The notes under the pieces are model-generated. The model was not told the DNA's origin. It ran no database searches and saw nothing but the letters and a program-made list of their open reading frames with translations. DNA of 64,000 nucleotides, from positions 256,001 through 320,000 of the forward strand of contig CAWBAT010000004.1 of NCBI GenBank assembly GCA_963786955.1, given 5' to 3'. This document shows, one piece after another, positions 1 through 10,174 of the stretch (the first letter of the stretch is position 1; each line of letters starts with the position of its first letter). The DNA comes from an uncultured Acidimicrobiia bacterium (lineage in GTDB: Bacteria; Acidobacteriota; Terriglobia; Versatilivoradales; Versatilivoraceae). The translations under genes and the position numbers were made by a program.

Positions 1-101
1 CCGCCATAAAAGAGTAGTTGCAAGCCATACTTTCGCTGTCTTTGGACAGTCGACCTGTAATTTTTGTCTCTTCTCTTAAGATAGTCACACCTATGGAAAT
101 C

Positions 102-125
102 CCCCTCTCAGGCAACTGAGAGGGG
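102..125. terminator. Hairpin downstream of galU, probable intrinsic terminator
   Basis: Perfect 10-bp stem CCCCTCTCAG/CTGAGAGGGG with GCAA loop, 85 bp past the galU stop; short T-rich tails on both strands. Confidence 0.55.
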
Positions 126-209
126 CGATTCTTTTCATGAAATAGAGTTCACAATACAAATTGGAGTGGAGTGTCCGGCGAGTGGAAGATTCTCTTGTTC
201 TCTAACGAT

Positions 210-1088
210 TTACAAATTTAATGATTTCAAATAGTTAGAAAAATCCTTTCCCAAATCCTCCCGCTTGAGGGCAAATTCAACAGTCGCCTTAAGGAAGCCA
301 AGTTTATCCCCCGCGTCGTACCGTTTGCCTTCAAATTGATAAGCATAGATCGACTGTTTTTCGAGTAAGAGTCGCAGACCGTTAGTCAACTGAATCTCCC
401 CTCCTCTATCCGGTGGTGTCTTCTCTAGAATCTCGAATATCTCAGGGGTCAAAATATAACGGCCGATGATGGCCAGATTTGAGGGTGCCTGTTCAAAAGG
501 GGGCTTCTCCACCAGATCTTCCACCCGGTAAGTGTGAGAGAAAAGTCCTTCCTCTTCTAAGGCTTTGCCTTTTATGACCCCGTAGCGGGAAATTTCAGGT
601 CCATCAACAACCTGGGTCGCCAGTATCGACGACTGGAGTTTTTCGAAAACAGAAATCATCTGCCGAGTGCAGGGGACTTTGGAATCAATAATGTCATCTC
701 CCAAAAGCACAACGAAAGGTTCATTCCCAATGAGGGGTTTTGCAACTAGAATGGCGTGACCAAGACCCAAAGCTTCTTTCTGCCGGACATAAGAGACCGA
801 GACCATTTTCGAGATCTCCCTGACCTGGTCCAAAAGGTCAAGTTTCCCTCTCACCTCCAAAATCTTTTCTAATTCAAAGGAGACATCGAAATGGTCTTCA
901 ATTGCATTTTTCCCGCGGCCGGTCACGATGATCACATGTTCAATCCCTGAGGCGACGGCCTCCTCGACAACATATTGAATGAGAGGCTTATCAACCAAAG
1001 GCAGCATTTCTTTAGGTTGTGACTTGGTCGCCGGGAGAAAGCGAGTGCCTAAACCCGCTGCAGGGAATACAGCCTTTCGAAGCTTCAT
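210..1088 (-). CDS. galU: UTP--glucose-1-phosphate uridylyltransferase
   Basis: KAVFPAAGLGTRFLPATK, KEMLPLVDKP, VEKP and GEIQLT motifs; 292 aa. Confidence 0.96.
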   Translation of the reverse strand: MKLRKAVFPAAGLGTRFLPATKSQPKEMLPLVDKPLIQYVVEEAVASGIEHVIIVTGRGKNAIEDHFDVSFELEKILEVRGKLDLLDQVREISKMVSVSYVRQKEALGLGHAILVAKPLIGNEPFVVLLGDDIIDSKVPCTRQMISVFEKLQSSILATQVVDGPEISRYGVIKGKALEEEGLFSHTYRVEDLVEKPPFEQAPSNLAIIGRYILTPEIFEILEKTPPDRGGEIQLTNGLRLLLEKQSIYAYQFEGKRYDAGDKLGFLKATVEFALKREDLGKDFSNYLKSLNL

Positions 1089-1356
1089 TGATCTTACCTC
1101 TCTAAAGGGAGCATATGCTCTTTGCTAAACATAATTTAGCCAACCCACCTTCTACTATTGGAGCAAGAGGCACTGAGGGTTGGGGAAAGAGGGGGATTGC
1201 GACACACGATTTGGACTGGAAGCGACTGAAAAAAGCCTTTTCAGTATCTCCTATTTGGAGTTTGCGGACAACGAGATTCTACCGTCCGGATTGTATGAAT
1301 GCTCCATAGATAAGGGCGTTCAATCGATGCCCGTCGCACGTCGACATGAGCCTGAA

Positions 1357-2784
1357 TTACCTATCGTGTGTGGCATTTCCTCTAGACCAGTAAAAATAAA
1401 TCGGCGCCCCCAAAGCGACGATGCCTAATCCGATCAACGCCTCTTTGGGCTGGGACAAGACAATATTCACCAGGATCAAACAATAAGAAAGGATGAAGAC
1501 CCCTGGCACCCAAGGAAAACCATGGGTCTTGTAGGGCCGCGGGAGATCGGGTTGGCTGATGCGAAGCCAAAATACGGCCGCCCCCGTCATAATCGAGAAA
1601 CTGAGCATGGCAACGACGGTATAAGTAAGAAGTTGGTAAAAGCTACCCGAAATGGTGAGCAGACAAGTCCAAACCGCTTGCAGGATAATCGAGTAGGAGG
1701 GAGTCTTGTAGGCCGGATGGATCGTGGCCGCTCTCTTAAAGAATAGGCCGTCCCGAGCCATCGCATAATAAATCCGAGGCGCCGTCAGGATGACCGAGTT
1801 AACGGCTCCAAGGATTGAAACCAATATGATCGCAGACAAAACCAGGGCAGCCCTAGTTCCGAATAACGCCGTCGTCGCCTTCTCCCCCACGTTGATGATC
1901 CCTTTCATCTGATCTGGCGACAGGGCATAGAGATAAGCGACATTCATCAAGAAGTAGATCGCCGTCACAATCAAGCTGCCACTGATGATCGAATAAGGGA
2001 TATTCCGCTCCGGCCGGCGAATTTCACTGGCGACATAGGTAGAAGCAAACCAGCCGGTATAAGTAAAAAAAACGGCAATCATGGCCAGAGCCAATCGCCC
2101 GGGCAGGACGCCCGCTTCAATCGACTGCCCTGAGCTAAAGTTTCCCCAGTTGCCTTTTCCGATGGTCAATCCCAATCCACAAATGGCGAAGATGGAAATT
2201 AATTTCGCGAGGGTCAGGATGTTTTGGGCGCGACTGCCCTGCTTCACTCCGACATAATTAATTGCCGAAAAAAAAAGCACAATGCCGACGGCGGCGACTT
2301 GATTGGTTGAAAGACTCCAACGAAAGCCCGGCCCTTGAAAATTAAGCAATACCTGATCGAAAAAAGAAGGCCAGAAGGGCTTCAGGTAAGCACACGCGCC
2401 CAGACTCATGGCCGCAATGGATCCCGGATTCGTCACAAAAAAATAAGTCCACCCGCTCAGGAAGGCCCAGAAAGAACCATAGGCTTCGCGCAGGTACACA
2501 TATTCTCCTCCGGCTTGGGGCAGCATGGCCCCTAACTCTGCATAGGTCAAGGCCCCACACAGGGTCAGCAGGCCACCGAGAAACCAAACGAGAAGGATCA
2601 TCTTCGGATTCGGCAGGGCGTCGGCAACCAGACCAGTGGTCGTAAAAATCCCGATCCCGACGATGTTTCCGACAATGATCATCGTGGCATCGAATAATCC
2701 CAGACGTCGCTCGAGTTCGATCGGTCCTTGGCCAGCCATGGGCTTCTGGGTATTCGAGTTGGGTTGCGAGGAGTGAAGATTCAT
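1357..2784 (-). CDS. APC-superfamily amino acid permease
   Basis: GNIVGIGIF (TM1), YAELGAMLPQAGGEYVYL and RPYK motifs; many hydrophobic helices. Confidence 0.9.
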   Translation of the reverse strand: MNLHSSQPNSNTQKPMAGQGPIELERRLGLFDATMIIVGNIVGIGIFTTTGLVADALPNPKMILLVWFLGGLLTLCGALTYAELGAMLPQAGGEYVYLREAYGSFWAFLSGWTYFFVTNPGSIAAMSLGACAYLKPFWPSFFDQVLLNFQGPGFRWSLSTNQVAAVGIVLFFSAINYVGVKQGSRAQNILTLAKLISIFAICGLGLTIGKGNWGNFSSGQSIEAGVLPGRLALAMIAVFFTYTGWFASTYVASEIRRPERNIPYSIISGSLIVTAIYFLMNVAYLYALSPDQMKGIINVGEKATTALFGTRAALVLSAIILVSILGAVNSVILTAPRIYYAMARDGLFFKRAATIHPAYKTPSYSIILQAVWTCLLTISGSFYQLLTYTVVAMLSFSIMTGAAVFWLRISQPDLPRPYKTHGFPWVPGVFILSYCLILVNIVLSQPKEALIGLGIVALGAPIYFYWSRGNATHDR

Positions 2785-2806
2785 GTCGGTACGATCGCGG
2801 TTGGCA

Positions 2807-4222
2807 CTAAGACAAATGCATGATTACCGTTTTCAATTCAGTCATTTCTTGAATCGCGTACTTGGGACCTTCCTTGCCAAAACCACTCTCCTTCAAGCCT
2901 CCGTAGGGCATCAGGTCGGCACGCCACTGGGGCCCCCAGTTGATGTGAAGGTTGCCCGATTCAACTTCCCGCGCAAATTTCATGGCCCACTCGAGGTTTT
3001 CGGTAAAAATACCAGCCGAGAGACCATAGCGGGAATCGTTGGCCAGGCTTATGGCCTCTTCGATCGAGTTGACAGCCGTCAGCGCGACGGCAGGCCCAAA
3101 CAATTCTTCGCATGAGACCGGCATTCCGGGACGGACATCGGCAATCACCGTAGGTTCAAGCAAAGCGCCTTGCCGCTCTCCCCCCGTCAAGACTCGCCCC
3201 CCCGCTCGCTCTGATTCCCGGATCCAGTCTTGCACACGAATGGCATCTTTCTCACGAATCATCGGTCCCATTTTGACGGATTCATCCAGGGGATTTCCAG
3301 TCGTGATGGATTCAATCCGGGGTTTCAATTTCTCCAACAACAGGTCATAGACCGGTTTCAATGCGACCACGCGTTGAGTGCTGATACAAACCTGGCCGGC
3401 ATTGCTATAGCCGGTGATGGCGATTGCGTCGCACACTTTATTGAGGTCTGCATCGGGCATGATGATAAGCGGTGAGTTGCTCCCCAGCTCCATGGTCACG
3501 CGCTTAATCCCGGCGATGCGGCAGATGTGCTCGCCGATTTCTCGACTTCCCGTGAAAGAGATCTTACGCACTCTGGAATCCCGACAAAAAATGTCTCCAA
3601 TTTCCCCACCCGATCCCGTCACGCATTGAATTGCGGCAGTAGGCAACCCGGCCTCCAACAAAATCTCTGTCAGTTTCAAAGCCGAAAGAGGCGTATCCGT
3701 GGCAGGTTTGATGATCACACTGTTCCCCGCGGCGAGGGCCGGTCCGACTTTGTGCACCACCAGGTTTAAGGGGAAATTGAAAGGACAGATCGCCACGACC
3801 ACGCCACAAGGAACCCGCAAGGTAAAACCTAGGCGGTTCCCGGCGCCAGGTGAGCCATCCAGCGGCAGCACTTCACCGCCCAGCCGTTTAGCTTCTTCTC
3901 CTGAGAGCAGCAGAACTTGCACCGCTCGAGACACTTCGAAACGGGCTTCCGCAATGACTTTTCCTTCTTCGAGCGTAATCGTTCGAGCCAGATCCTCGCT
4001 GCGCTGCTCCATCATCTCCGCAGCCCGCTTCAAGATGACATAACGATCGTAACCCGACGTCCGGCGCATTTTTCTGGAACCTTCCATTGCGGACCGGATC
4101 GCTTCCTCGACATCGGCAGCATCGGCGCGCGGGACAGCGTCAACTACCGTTCCGTCATAAGGATTAAGAACTTCTATTTTTTGGGGCCGATCCTGCCAAC
4201 TCTCGGACAGATACATCCTCAT
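2807..4222 (-). CDS. Aldehyde dehydrogenase family protein
   Basis: PFNFPLNL, KPA, FTGS, ELGSN, catalytic GQVCIS, EELFGP; start placed at ATG 4222 (ORF track extends to 4264). Confidence 0.93.
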   Translation of the reverse strand: MRMYLSESWQDRPQKIEVLNPYDGTVVDAVPRADAADVEEAIRSAMEGSRKMRRTSGYDRYVILKRAAEMMEQRSEDLARTITLEEGKVIAEARFEVSRAVQVLLLSGEEAKRLGGEVLPLDGSPGAGNRLGFTLRVPCGVVVAICPFNFPLNLVVHKVGPALAAGNSVIIKPATDTPLSALKLTEILLEAGLPTAAIQCVTGSGGEIGDIFCRDSRVRKISFTGSREIGEHICRIAGIKRVTMELGSNSPLIIMPDADLNKVCDAIAITGYSNAGQVCISTQRVVALKPVYDLLLEKLKPRIESITTGNPLDESVKMGPMIREKDAIRVQDWIRESERAGGRVLTGGERQGALLEPTVIADVRPGMPVSCEELFGPAVALTAVNSIEEAISLANDSRYGLSAGIFTENLEWAMKFAREVESGNLHINWGPQWRADLMPYGGLKESGFGKEGPKYAIQEMTELKTVIMHLS

Positions 4223-4423
4223 GAGAAACTCCTCTCCGTCGCCATTCTGAAGAGACAACACCATCCGTGCAACTCGTTCTGGCAGGGATACTTTATCATA
4301 TCTCGTCCCTCAACGTTTCAGGGGGCTTTTGCGATGCTTACTTCCCATCTGCGCACTTGCTAGAACCATCTCCCCGTCGGCTCTACCTGACACCCAGTCG
4401 CATTTTCGAGTTGGCCGCAGATA

Positions 4424-4540
4424 GTGGTAGAGCGTGAACTCCTGCGCCCGCTGGAACGCGCGCGGGTGGACAGCGGTCCCCCGCGCGCGTTCCAGCATTA
4501 GTCGGCTGAAAATACGTGACCGCATTTCTGATCCGGAATG
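4424..4540. repeat. REP-like palindrome plus right end of the MITE family seen at 54859-55016
   Basis: Perfect 17-bp stem 4450-4466/4480-4496; GCTGAAAATACGTGAYCGC followed by a degenerate TIR, shared with 54981-55016. Confidence 0.7.
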
Positions 4541-4587
4541 GCGCGCTTTAGAAGGAATGATGAAAGTTTACTTCGAAAAAAGAGGTT

Positions 4588-5961
4588 TTAGCGGAGGTCG
4601 TACTTTTTGGCAAAGTAGCGGAAGGAGCGGAAGGACATCTTTAATAACTCCGCCGCTCTGGTTTGCACCCCGCCGGTTTTGTGAAGAGCCTCGAGGATAT
4701 AGGACTTTTCAATGTCGGAGAGATGTCGTTCCAGATCGATTCCATTTTCTGGAATCTTGTCGTAGTCAGAACTTTCACTTGAGTTCAAGCAACTGATCCT
4801 GGTAGGAAGGCGTTCCGGGCGGATTTCCTCTCCCGTCTCAAAGGCCACCGCGCGTTCAATAGTGTTCTCGAGCTCCCGGACATTGCCGGGCCAATCATAG
4901 TGCTCAAGCTGTCTCATGGCTTCTTCGCTTACCCCGAGAATCGAACGCTGCATTTGCACATTGTACTTATTCAGGAAATGCCCCACAAGCAAGGGAATGT
5001 CCTCTTTGCGCTTCCGCAAGGGAGGAATGTCCAGAGGAATCACACTAACGCGGTAGTAGAGATCCTCCCGGAATCTATTTTCCGACACAAGCTTCAAAAG
5101 CTCTTTGTTCGTGGCGGCAATAACCCGAACGTCGACCGACACTTCATCAGTCCCGCCGACGCGGCGAAACTTTCTTTCCTGAAGCACACGGAGGATTTTG
5201 ACCTGCATGGAGAGGCTCATTTCGCCAATCTCATCCAGGAAGATCGTCCCCTTGTCAGCAATTTCAAACAATCCTTTCTTGTTAGACGATGCTCCCGTAA
5301 AGGCACCCCGCATATATCCAAAAAGTTCGCTTTCCAGGAGTGTTTCCGGGAACGCCCCGCAATTGATGGAGACAAAGGGGAGGTCGGCTCGGGAACTATT
5401 CAAATGGATCGCTTTTGCCACCAATTCCTTCCCGGTTCCGCTCTCACCCGTGATGAGTACCGTACTCTGCGTCGCCCCAATGGTTTCAATGGCCCGAAAC
5501 AATTCCTTCATCATCGGGCTGTTGCCGATGATTTGGTCGATGCCATTTTGCTGGCCAAATTGTTGTTTGAGCAGCCGGTGCTCTTGTCTCAGCCGGTAGA
5601 ATTCAAGGGACTTCGAAACGGAAATCTTCAACTCTTGAATGAAGTCCTCGTTATCCTTCAAGATGTAGTCGGCCGCCCCCATTTTGAGCGCTTGAATGGC
5701 GTTTTCAGTGGTGGCATAGGCAGTCATCATGATGACCAAGGTCTCGGCATTTTCCGACTTAACTTCTCTGAGGACGTCAATTCCACTTCCATCCATCATC
5801 TTGATGTCTGTGATCACCAAGTCGAACGATCCATTCTTCAGCTGCTGCGTGGCCTCTTGAAAGCCAGAGGCCGCCGCCACGGTATGGCCTTCCTTTCTGA
5901 AGACGACCTGCAGCACATCGCGAATGGATCGCTCGTCATCGACAATGAGCACCTTTGACAT
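4588..5961 (-). CDS. pilR: Sigma-54-dependent response regulator, PilR-like
   Basis: Receiver domain, [14 protein letters not shown] and C-terminal HTH (MSFRSFRY); downstream of a sensor kinase and pilBTC. Confidence 0.85.
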   Translation of the reverse strand: MSKVLIVDDERSIRDVLQVVFRKEGHTVAAASGFQEATQQLKNGSFDLVITDIKMMDGSGIDVLREVKSENAETLVIMMTAYATTENAIQALKMGAADYILKDNEDFIQELKISVSKSLEFYRLRQEHRLLKQQFGQQNGIDQIIGNSPMMKELFRAIETIGATQSTVLITGESGTGKELVAKAIHLNSSRADLPFVSINCGAFPETLLESELFGYMRGAFTGASSNKKGLFEIADKGTIFLDEIGEMSLSMQVKILRVLQERKFRRVGGTDEVSVDVRVIAATNKELLKLVSENRFREDLYYRVSVIPLDIPPLRKRKEDIPLLVGHFLNKYNVQMQRSILGVSEEAMRQLEHYDWPGNVRELENTIERAVAFETGEEIRPERLPTRISCLNSSESSDYDKIPENGIDLERHLSDIEKSYILEALHKTGGVQTRAAELLKMSFRSFRYFAKKYDLR

Positions 5962-5970
5962 TCGAATACC

Positions 5971-7620
5971 TCAAGCCGAAAGCGCCATATCAGGCACTTC
6001 GGGAAAACGGGGAAGAGTAATCTGAAATACGGTTCCCTGGCCTTTCACTGAGTTTACCGTGATCGAACCATTGTGAGCGGCTATGATTTGCGACACGATC
6101 GAAAGGCCTAAGCCCGTCCCACCACTGAATGAAGATTGGAAGGGTTCGAAGATCTTTTCCTGCTCCTCGTGCGTAAATCCCCGGCCAGTATCTCTAAAAC
6201 TGATTTTCACTTCACCGGGGTTGGCGATTTCCAGATTGATGGAGAGGTGCCCCCCTTCAGGCATGGCCTTTACGGCATTTCCACAAAGGTTCCAATAGAT
6301 TTGCCGGATCAGATCCGGGTCCCCCTGGCACCGAAAGGAGTCTTCCGGGTTGCTAAATGAATACTCAATTTGATGGTGTGTTGAGATTTCCGGGCTATTC
6401 CGAATCAACTCGACTGTATCTTTCGTCAAGGCTTTCAAATCCACCAGTCGCGGGGAGTAGTTGACAGGCCTGGCATATCCCAAAAACTCGGTGATGATGC
6501 GATAGAGCCGCCGGATTTCTAAAGAAATATTCTCCGCCAGCTTGTACTGATCAGGGTTGAGCGGTAGTTCCGTTTTCAACACCTGAAACGATCCGGTAAT
6601 CGCGGTTAAGGGATTTCGGATTTCATGGGCGATAGAAGCCGCCATTTTCCCCAGCACCGCCATCCGGTCTTGCTGCATGACCTGCTGCTCGAGTTCCTTA
6701 ATTTCCGTCAGATCCTGAAAAGTAAAGACATAACCAATCTGTTTCTTCCCATCGATGAGGAACGGAGAAACCGTAAACCCAAGGTAAAGATTATGTCCTT
6801 GCGAGTTTTGGATGGTCCTTTCAAAGCGGAACGGGAGTTGCTCGTCACTAAACGCCGAACCTCTCCACGAGGTCTCCCCAAAAATTCTCCCGATGTGCAT
6901 ACCAATCGCCGTGTCTTGTGAAAAACCGGAGATTTCTGAAGCAGAACGGTTGAACAAAGTGATGAATCCATCGAGGTTCGTGGTGAAAAGGCCTCCTCTC
7001 ATACTGTTGATGATATTTTCATTGAAGGCCTGTAATGCAGCCAGTTTGCCGCTTTTATCCTCCAGTTCCGACCCAGTTTTGCGGAGCGTTTCGGATAAAT
7101 GGCTGCTCAGGTAGGCGACCACATAAAAAGCAAAAATATTGGTTCCGATCAGGTAGCGTATGGTCCTGGGGTCCGTCACGTTGTAAAGAGTGGAAGGAAG
7201 AATTCCCCATTCCGTCAACTCGTATTGGGCCACAACTAGAAAGGCACTCAGGGTAGAGGCAATGTAGGCCCCTCTGCGATACAGCAGGATGCTAGCCATG
7301 ATGATGGACAGTAAGTAGAGAAATAGAAAGTAACTGTCTATCCCGCCCGTACAGTAGATGATCGCCGAGGTAACTAGAAGATCGCTGCAAGTCTGAAGAT
7401 AGGCCTGCCAAACATACTTTTTGTGAAATTGGAGGAAGAGGTAGTGGATGGCACTGACGACATAGATCGCCACGACGACCCGCGATAGGCCGTTGGCCGC
7501 TTCATTAGTCGAGACGGCAGACTCCACACCCAGGATGACACCCAACAGGGTCGTGGCCACAACAATCCGTAACTTAATGAGCCAGGAGAGCCATTCACGA
7601 ATGTTTTTTGGCATACTCAA
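5971..7620 (-). CDS. pilS: PAS-domain sensor histidine kinase, PilS-like
   Basis: N-terminal TM helices, PAS, H-box AHEIRNPL, DTGRG and GTGLGL; pil context. Confidence 0.82.
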   Translation of the reverse strand: MSMPKNIREWLSWLIKLRIVVATTLLGVILGVESAVSTNEAANGLSRVVVAIYVVSAIHYLFLQFHKKYVWQAYLQTCSDLLVTSAIIYCTGGIDSYFLFLYLLSIIMASILLYRRGAYIASTLSAFLVVAQYELTEWGILPSTLYNVTDPRTIRYLIGTNIFAFYVVAYLSSHLSETLRKTGSELEDKSGKLAALQAFNENIINSMRGGLFTTNLDGFITLFNRSASEISGFSQDTAIGMHIGRIFGETSWRGSAFSDEQLPFRFERTIQNSQGHNLYLGFTVSPFLIDGKKQIGYVFTFQDLTEIKELEQQVMQQDRMAVLGKMAASIAHEIRNPLTAITGSFQVLKTELPLNPDQYKLAENISLEIRRLYRIITEFLGYARPVNYSPRLVDLKALTKDTVELIRNSPEISTHHQIEYSFSNPEDSFRCQGDPDLIRQIYWNLCGNAVKAMPEGGHLSINLEIANPGEVKISFRDTGRGFTHEEQEKIFEPFQSSFSGGTGLGLSIVSQIIAAHNGSITVNSVKGQGTVFQITLPRFPEVPDMALSA

Positions 7621-7694
7621 AAAAAGGAAAGGGTTACTGATCCAACCATCTCAACGACCCGATCCTTGAGCCTCGAGTTTTCCAGCAGGAATTA

Positions 7695-8900
7695 CTACCC
7701 TGATAATTTCGAAATCAGCGAGAAGAGTGGCAAGTACATGGATATCACGATGCCACCGACCATAATACCCAGTACCAGGATCATGATCGGCTCAATGGCG
7801 GTGAGCAGATCGGCCACAGCGGCATCAACCTCATCTTCGAAGAACTCAGCGATCTTCGTCAGCATGGTGTCGAGCGCACCGGTCTGCTCTCCCACGCTTA
7901 CCATTTGCGTCACCATCGACGGGAAAACGCCAGTCTCACGAAGCGGTTCCACGATGGTCTTTCCTTGTTCAACGGAAGACCTGGTTTTCATGATCGCTTG
8001 TTCAATAACGGCGTTCCCGGCTGTTTTAGCGGTGATCGTCAAGGCCTCAAGAATCGGCACGCCACTGGTAATTAACGTGGACAAAGTCCTGGAGAAGCGT
8101 GCGACCGCGATTTTCCTGAGAACACTTCCCAGAACAGGAACCTTAAGCATAATGCCGTCCACTACCATCCGGCCATTCGCAGTGGCGTAATATCTTTTAA
8201 ACGCATAGCCTGCTGCCACAAACAGCGGAATCATGAAGATGATGTAGCGGCCGACAAAATTGCTCATGGCAATGACAATGCGAGTGGGGAGTGGCAGTCC
8301 GGCATCCAGACTGGCAAATAAGTTGACGAAAATAGGGACGACTTTCCAGAGAATGAGAACAATCACGCCGACCGCAATGGTCATTACAGCAATGGGATAG
8401 ACCATAGCAGACTGGACTGCACGCTTGAGTTTTACCGACTTCTCAATGTAGGAAGAAAGACGCTGCAGAATCGTGTCGAGAATACCCCCGGCCTCACCAG
8501 CCGCTACCATGTTAGTGAACAGCTCATTAAAAACTTTGGGGTGTTGCGCCAAGGCAAAAGCCAGGGTGGAACCCCCCTCCACGTCGGTTCGAACAGCTTG
8601 GAGAACCTGTTGGAAGACCTTGTTCTCCTGCTGCTGGCTAAGGGCTTCGAGACACTGGACCAAGGGTAATCCGGCATCGATCATCACCGAAAACTGGCGA
8701 GTAAAAATTGCCAGTTCCTTCGTTTTCACTTTTCCGCCGAATTTAGGAAGGGATAGCTCTTTTCCTTTCTCCTTCACCATCATCGGGTTAATCTGCTCCC
8801 GACGCAGTGAGGCGAGCAGGGACTGTTTGTTATCGGCTTCGCGTTCGCCACGCACTTCGACGCCGGCCCTTGATTTTCCTCGATACGCATAGACTGGCAT
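7695..8900 (-). CDS. pilC: Type IV pilus platform protein (T2SS F family)
   Basis: FTRQFSVMIDAGLPL, AGEAGGILD, VGEQTGALD, SMYLPLF. Confidence 0.93.
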   Translation of the reverse strand: MPVYAYRGKSRAGVEVRGEREADNKQSLLASLRREQINPMMVKEKGKELSLPKFGGKVKTKELAIFTRQFSVMIDAGLPLVQCLEALSQQQENKVFQQVLQAVRTDVEGGSTLAFALAQHPKVFNELFTNMVAAGEAGGILDTILQRLSSYIEKSVKLKRAVQSAMVYPIAVMTIAVGVIVLILWKVVPIFVNLFASLDAGLPLPTRIVIAMSNFVGRYIIFMIPLFVAAGYAFKRYYATANGRMVVDGIMLKVPVLGSVLRKIAVARFSRTLSTLITSGVPILEALTITAKTAGNAVIEQAIMKTRSSVEQGKTIVEPLRETGVFPSMVTQMVSVGEQTGALDTMLTKIAEFFEDEVDAAVADLLTAIEPIMILVLGIMVGGIVISMYLPLFSLISKLSG

Positions 8901-8988
8901 GGTGACTCCTCATTCAACAAAACACGCTGTTCGGGTGGGTCGGGCAACTCACCTTCTCAAAATTCCACCTGGCAATAGGGCTCTCGAT

Positions 8989-10113
8989 CTAGCGCATGGT
9001 GCGCCCCAGAGCGGGAGTGGGCATGCGACCCGGGGCAAGAGGCCCCCGGTTGATCATGTCCTGTAATTCGTCCGCATTACTCGACCGGCCCAGTGCAGTT
9101 TGTAGAGTAATCTGTTTGGTGAAATAAAGATTAGCCAGCGACTGATTAAATGTTTGCATCCCATACTTTTCCTGCCCCGTCTGCATCGCTGAATAGATCT
9201 GATGCACTTTATCTTCGCGGATTAGGTTGCGGATCGCCGCATTGGGTATCATGATTTCCATAGCCATCGCACGCCCTGCCCCGGAAGCCTTCGGCAGCAG
9301 CGCTTGGCAGAGAATCCCTTCGAGCACCAAGGAGAGTTGGGCCCTAATTTGCGACTGCTGATGCGCTGGGAAGACATCAATGACTCGGTTGATCGTGGAT
9401 GCTGCTGAATTGGTATGCAATGTTCCAAACGTCAAGTGTCCTGTCTCCGCGATGCGCAGAGCCGATTCAACGGTTTCGAGATCACGCATTTCACCGATCA
9501 ACACCACATCCGGGTCCTGCCGGAGAGCAGCCCGCAGAGCGTTAGCAAAACCATGGGTATCGGCGTGAACCTCGCGTTGATTCACCAGGCAGCTTTTGTG
9601 TCCGTGGAGATACTCGATCGGGTCTTCGATCGTGATGATGTGTTCGTGCCGGTCCGCATTAACTTTGTCCAGCATGGAAGCCAGTGTCGTCGATTTACCA
9701 CTTCCCGTTGGCCCCGTCACCAGCACCAAGCCTCTTGGCTTCTCACACAAAGTCTTAACCACGGCTGGAAGGTTGAGGGCCTCAAATGTTTTGATTTCAT
9801 ACGGAATGGATCGGAAAACCGCGCCCACCGCTCCGCGTTGATTAAAGACATTGGCCCGAAACCGAGACAGGCCCTTAATCCCAAATGAAAAATCAATCTC
9901 TAATTGTTCTTCGAAACGATGCTTCTGCGCGTCGGTCAGCACACTGTAGGCCAGCTGTTTCGTGTCGGTAGCTGTCAAGAGAGGGTACTCGGTGAGCGGC
10001 CTAAGATGGCCGTCCACACGAACTTGCGGGGGAGTATTGGTCGTAATATGCAAATCTGACCCTCCCAACTCCGTCATTTTTTTTAGAAGCTCACTGAGAG
10101 AAACAAGCGCCAT
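8989..10113 (-). CDS. pilT: Type IV pilus retraction ATPase
   Basis: GPTGSGKST, TIEDPIE, AETGHL, TLHT and the AIRNLIRE signature. Confidence 0.95.
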   Translation of the reverse strand: MALVSLSELLKKMTELGGSDLHITTNTPPQVRVDGHLRPLTEYPLLTATDTKQLAYSVLTDAQKHRFEEQLEIDFSFGIKGLSRFRANVFNQRGAVGAVFRSIPYEIKTFEALNLPAVVKTLCEKPRGLVLVTGPTGSGKSTTLASMLDKVNADRHEHIITIEDPIEYLHGHKSCLVNQREVHADTHGFANALRAALRQDPDVVLIGEMRDLETVESALRIAETGHLTFGTLHTNSAASTINRVIDVFPAHQQSQIRAQLSLVLEGILCQALLPKASGAGRAMAMEIMIPNAAIRNLIREDKVHQIYSAMQTGQEKYGMQTFNQSLANLYFTKQITLQTALGRSSNADELQDMINRGPLAPGRMPTPALGRTMR

Positions 10114-10174
10114 CGTGTACCTTCCTTCTCCTTCAGCCCTTCAGAGTGAGGGTGAACTGATTATTGTGGGAGGG

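Noticed and set aside
4900-5958. 352-aa plus-strand ORF
   Set aside because: Antisense shadow of the pilR-like gene; no independent motifs
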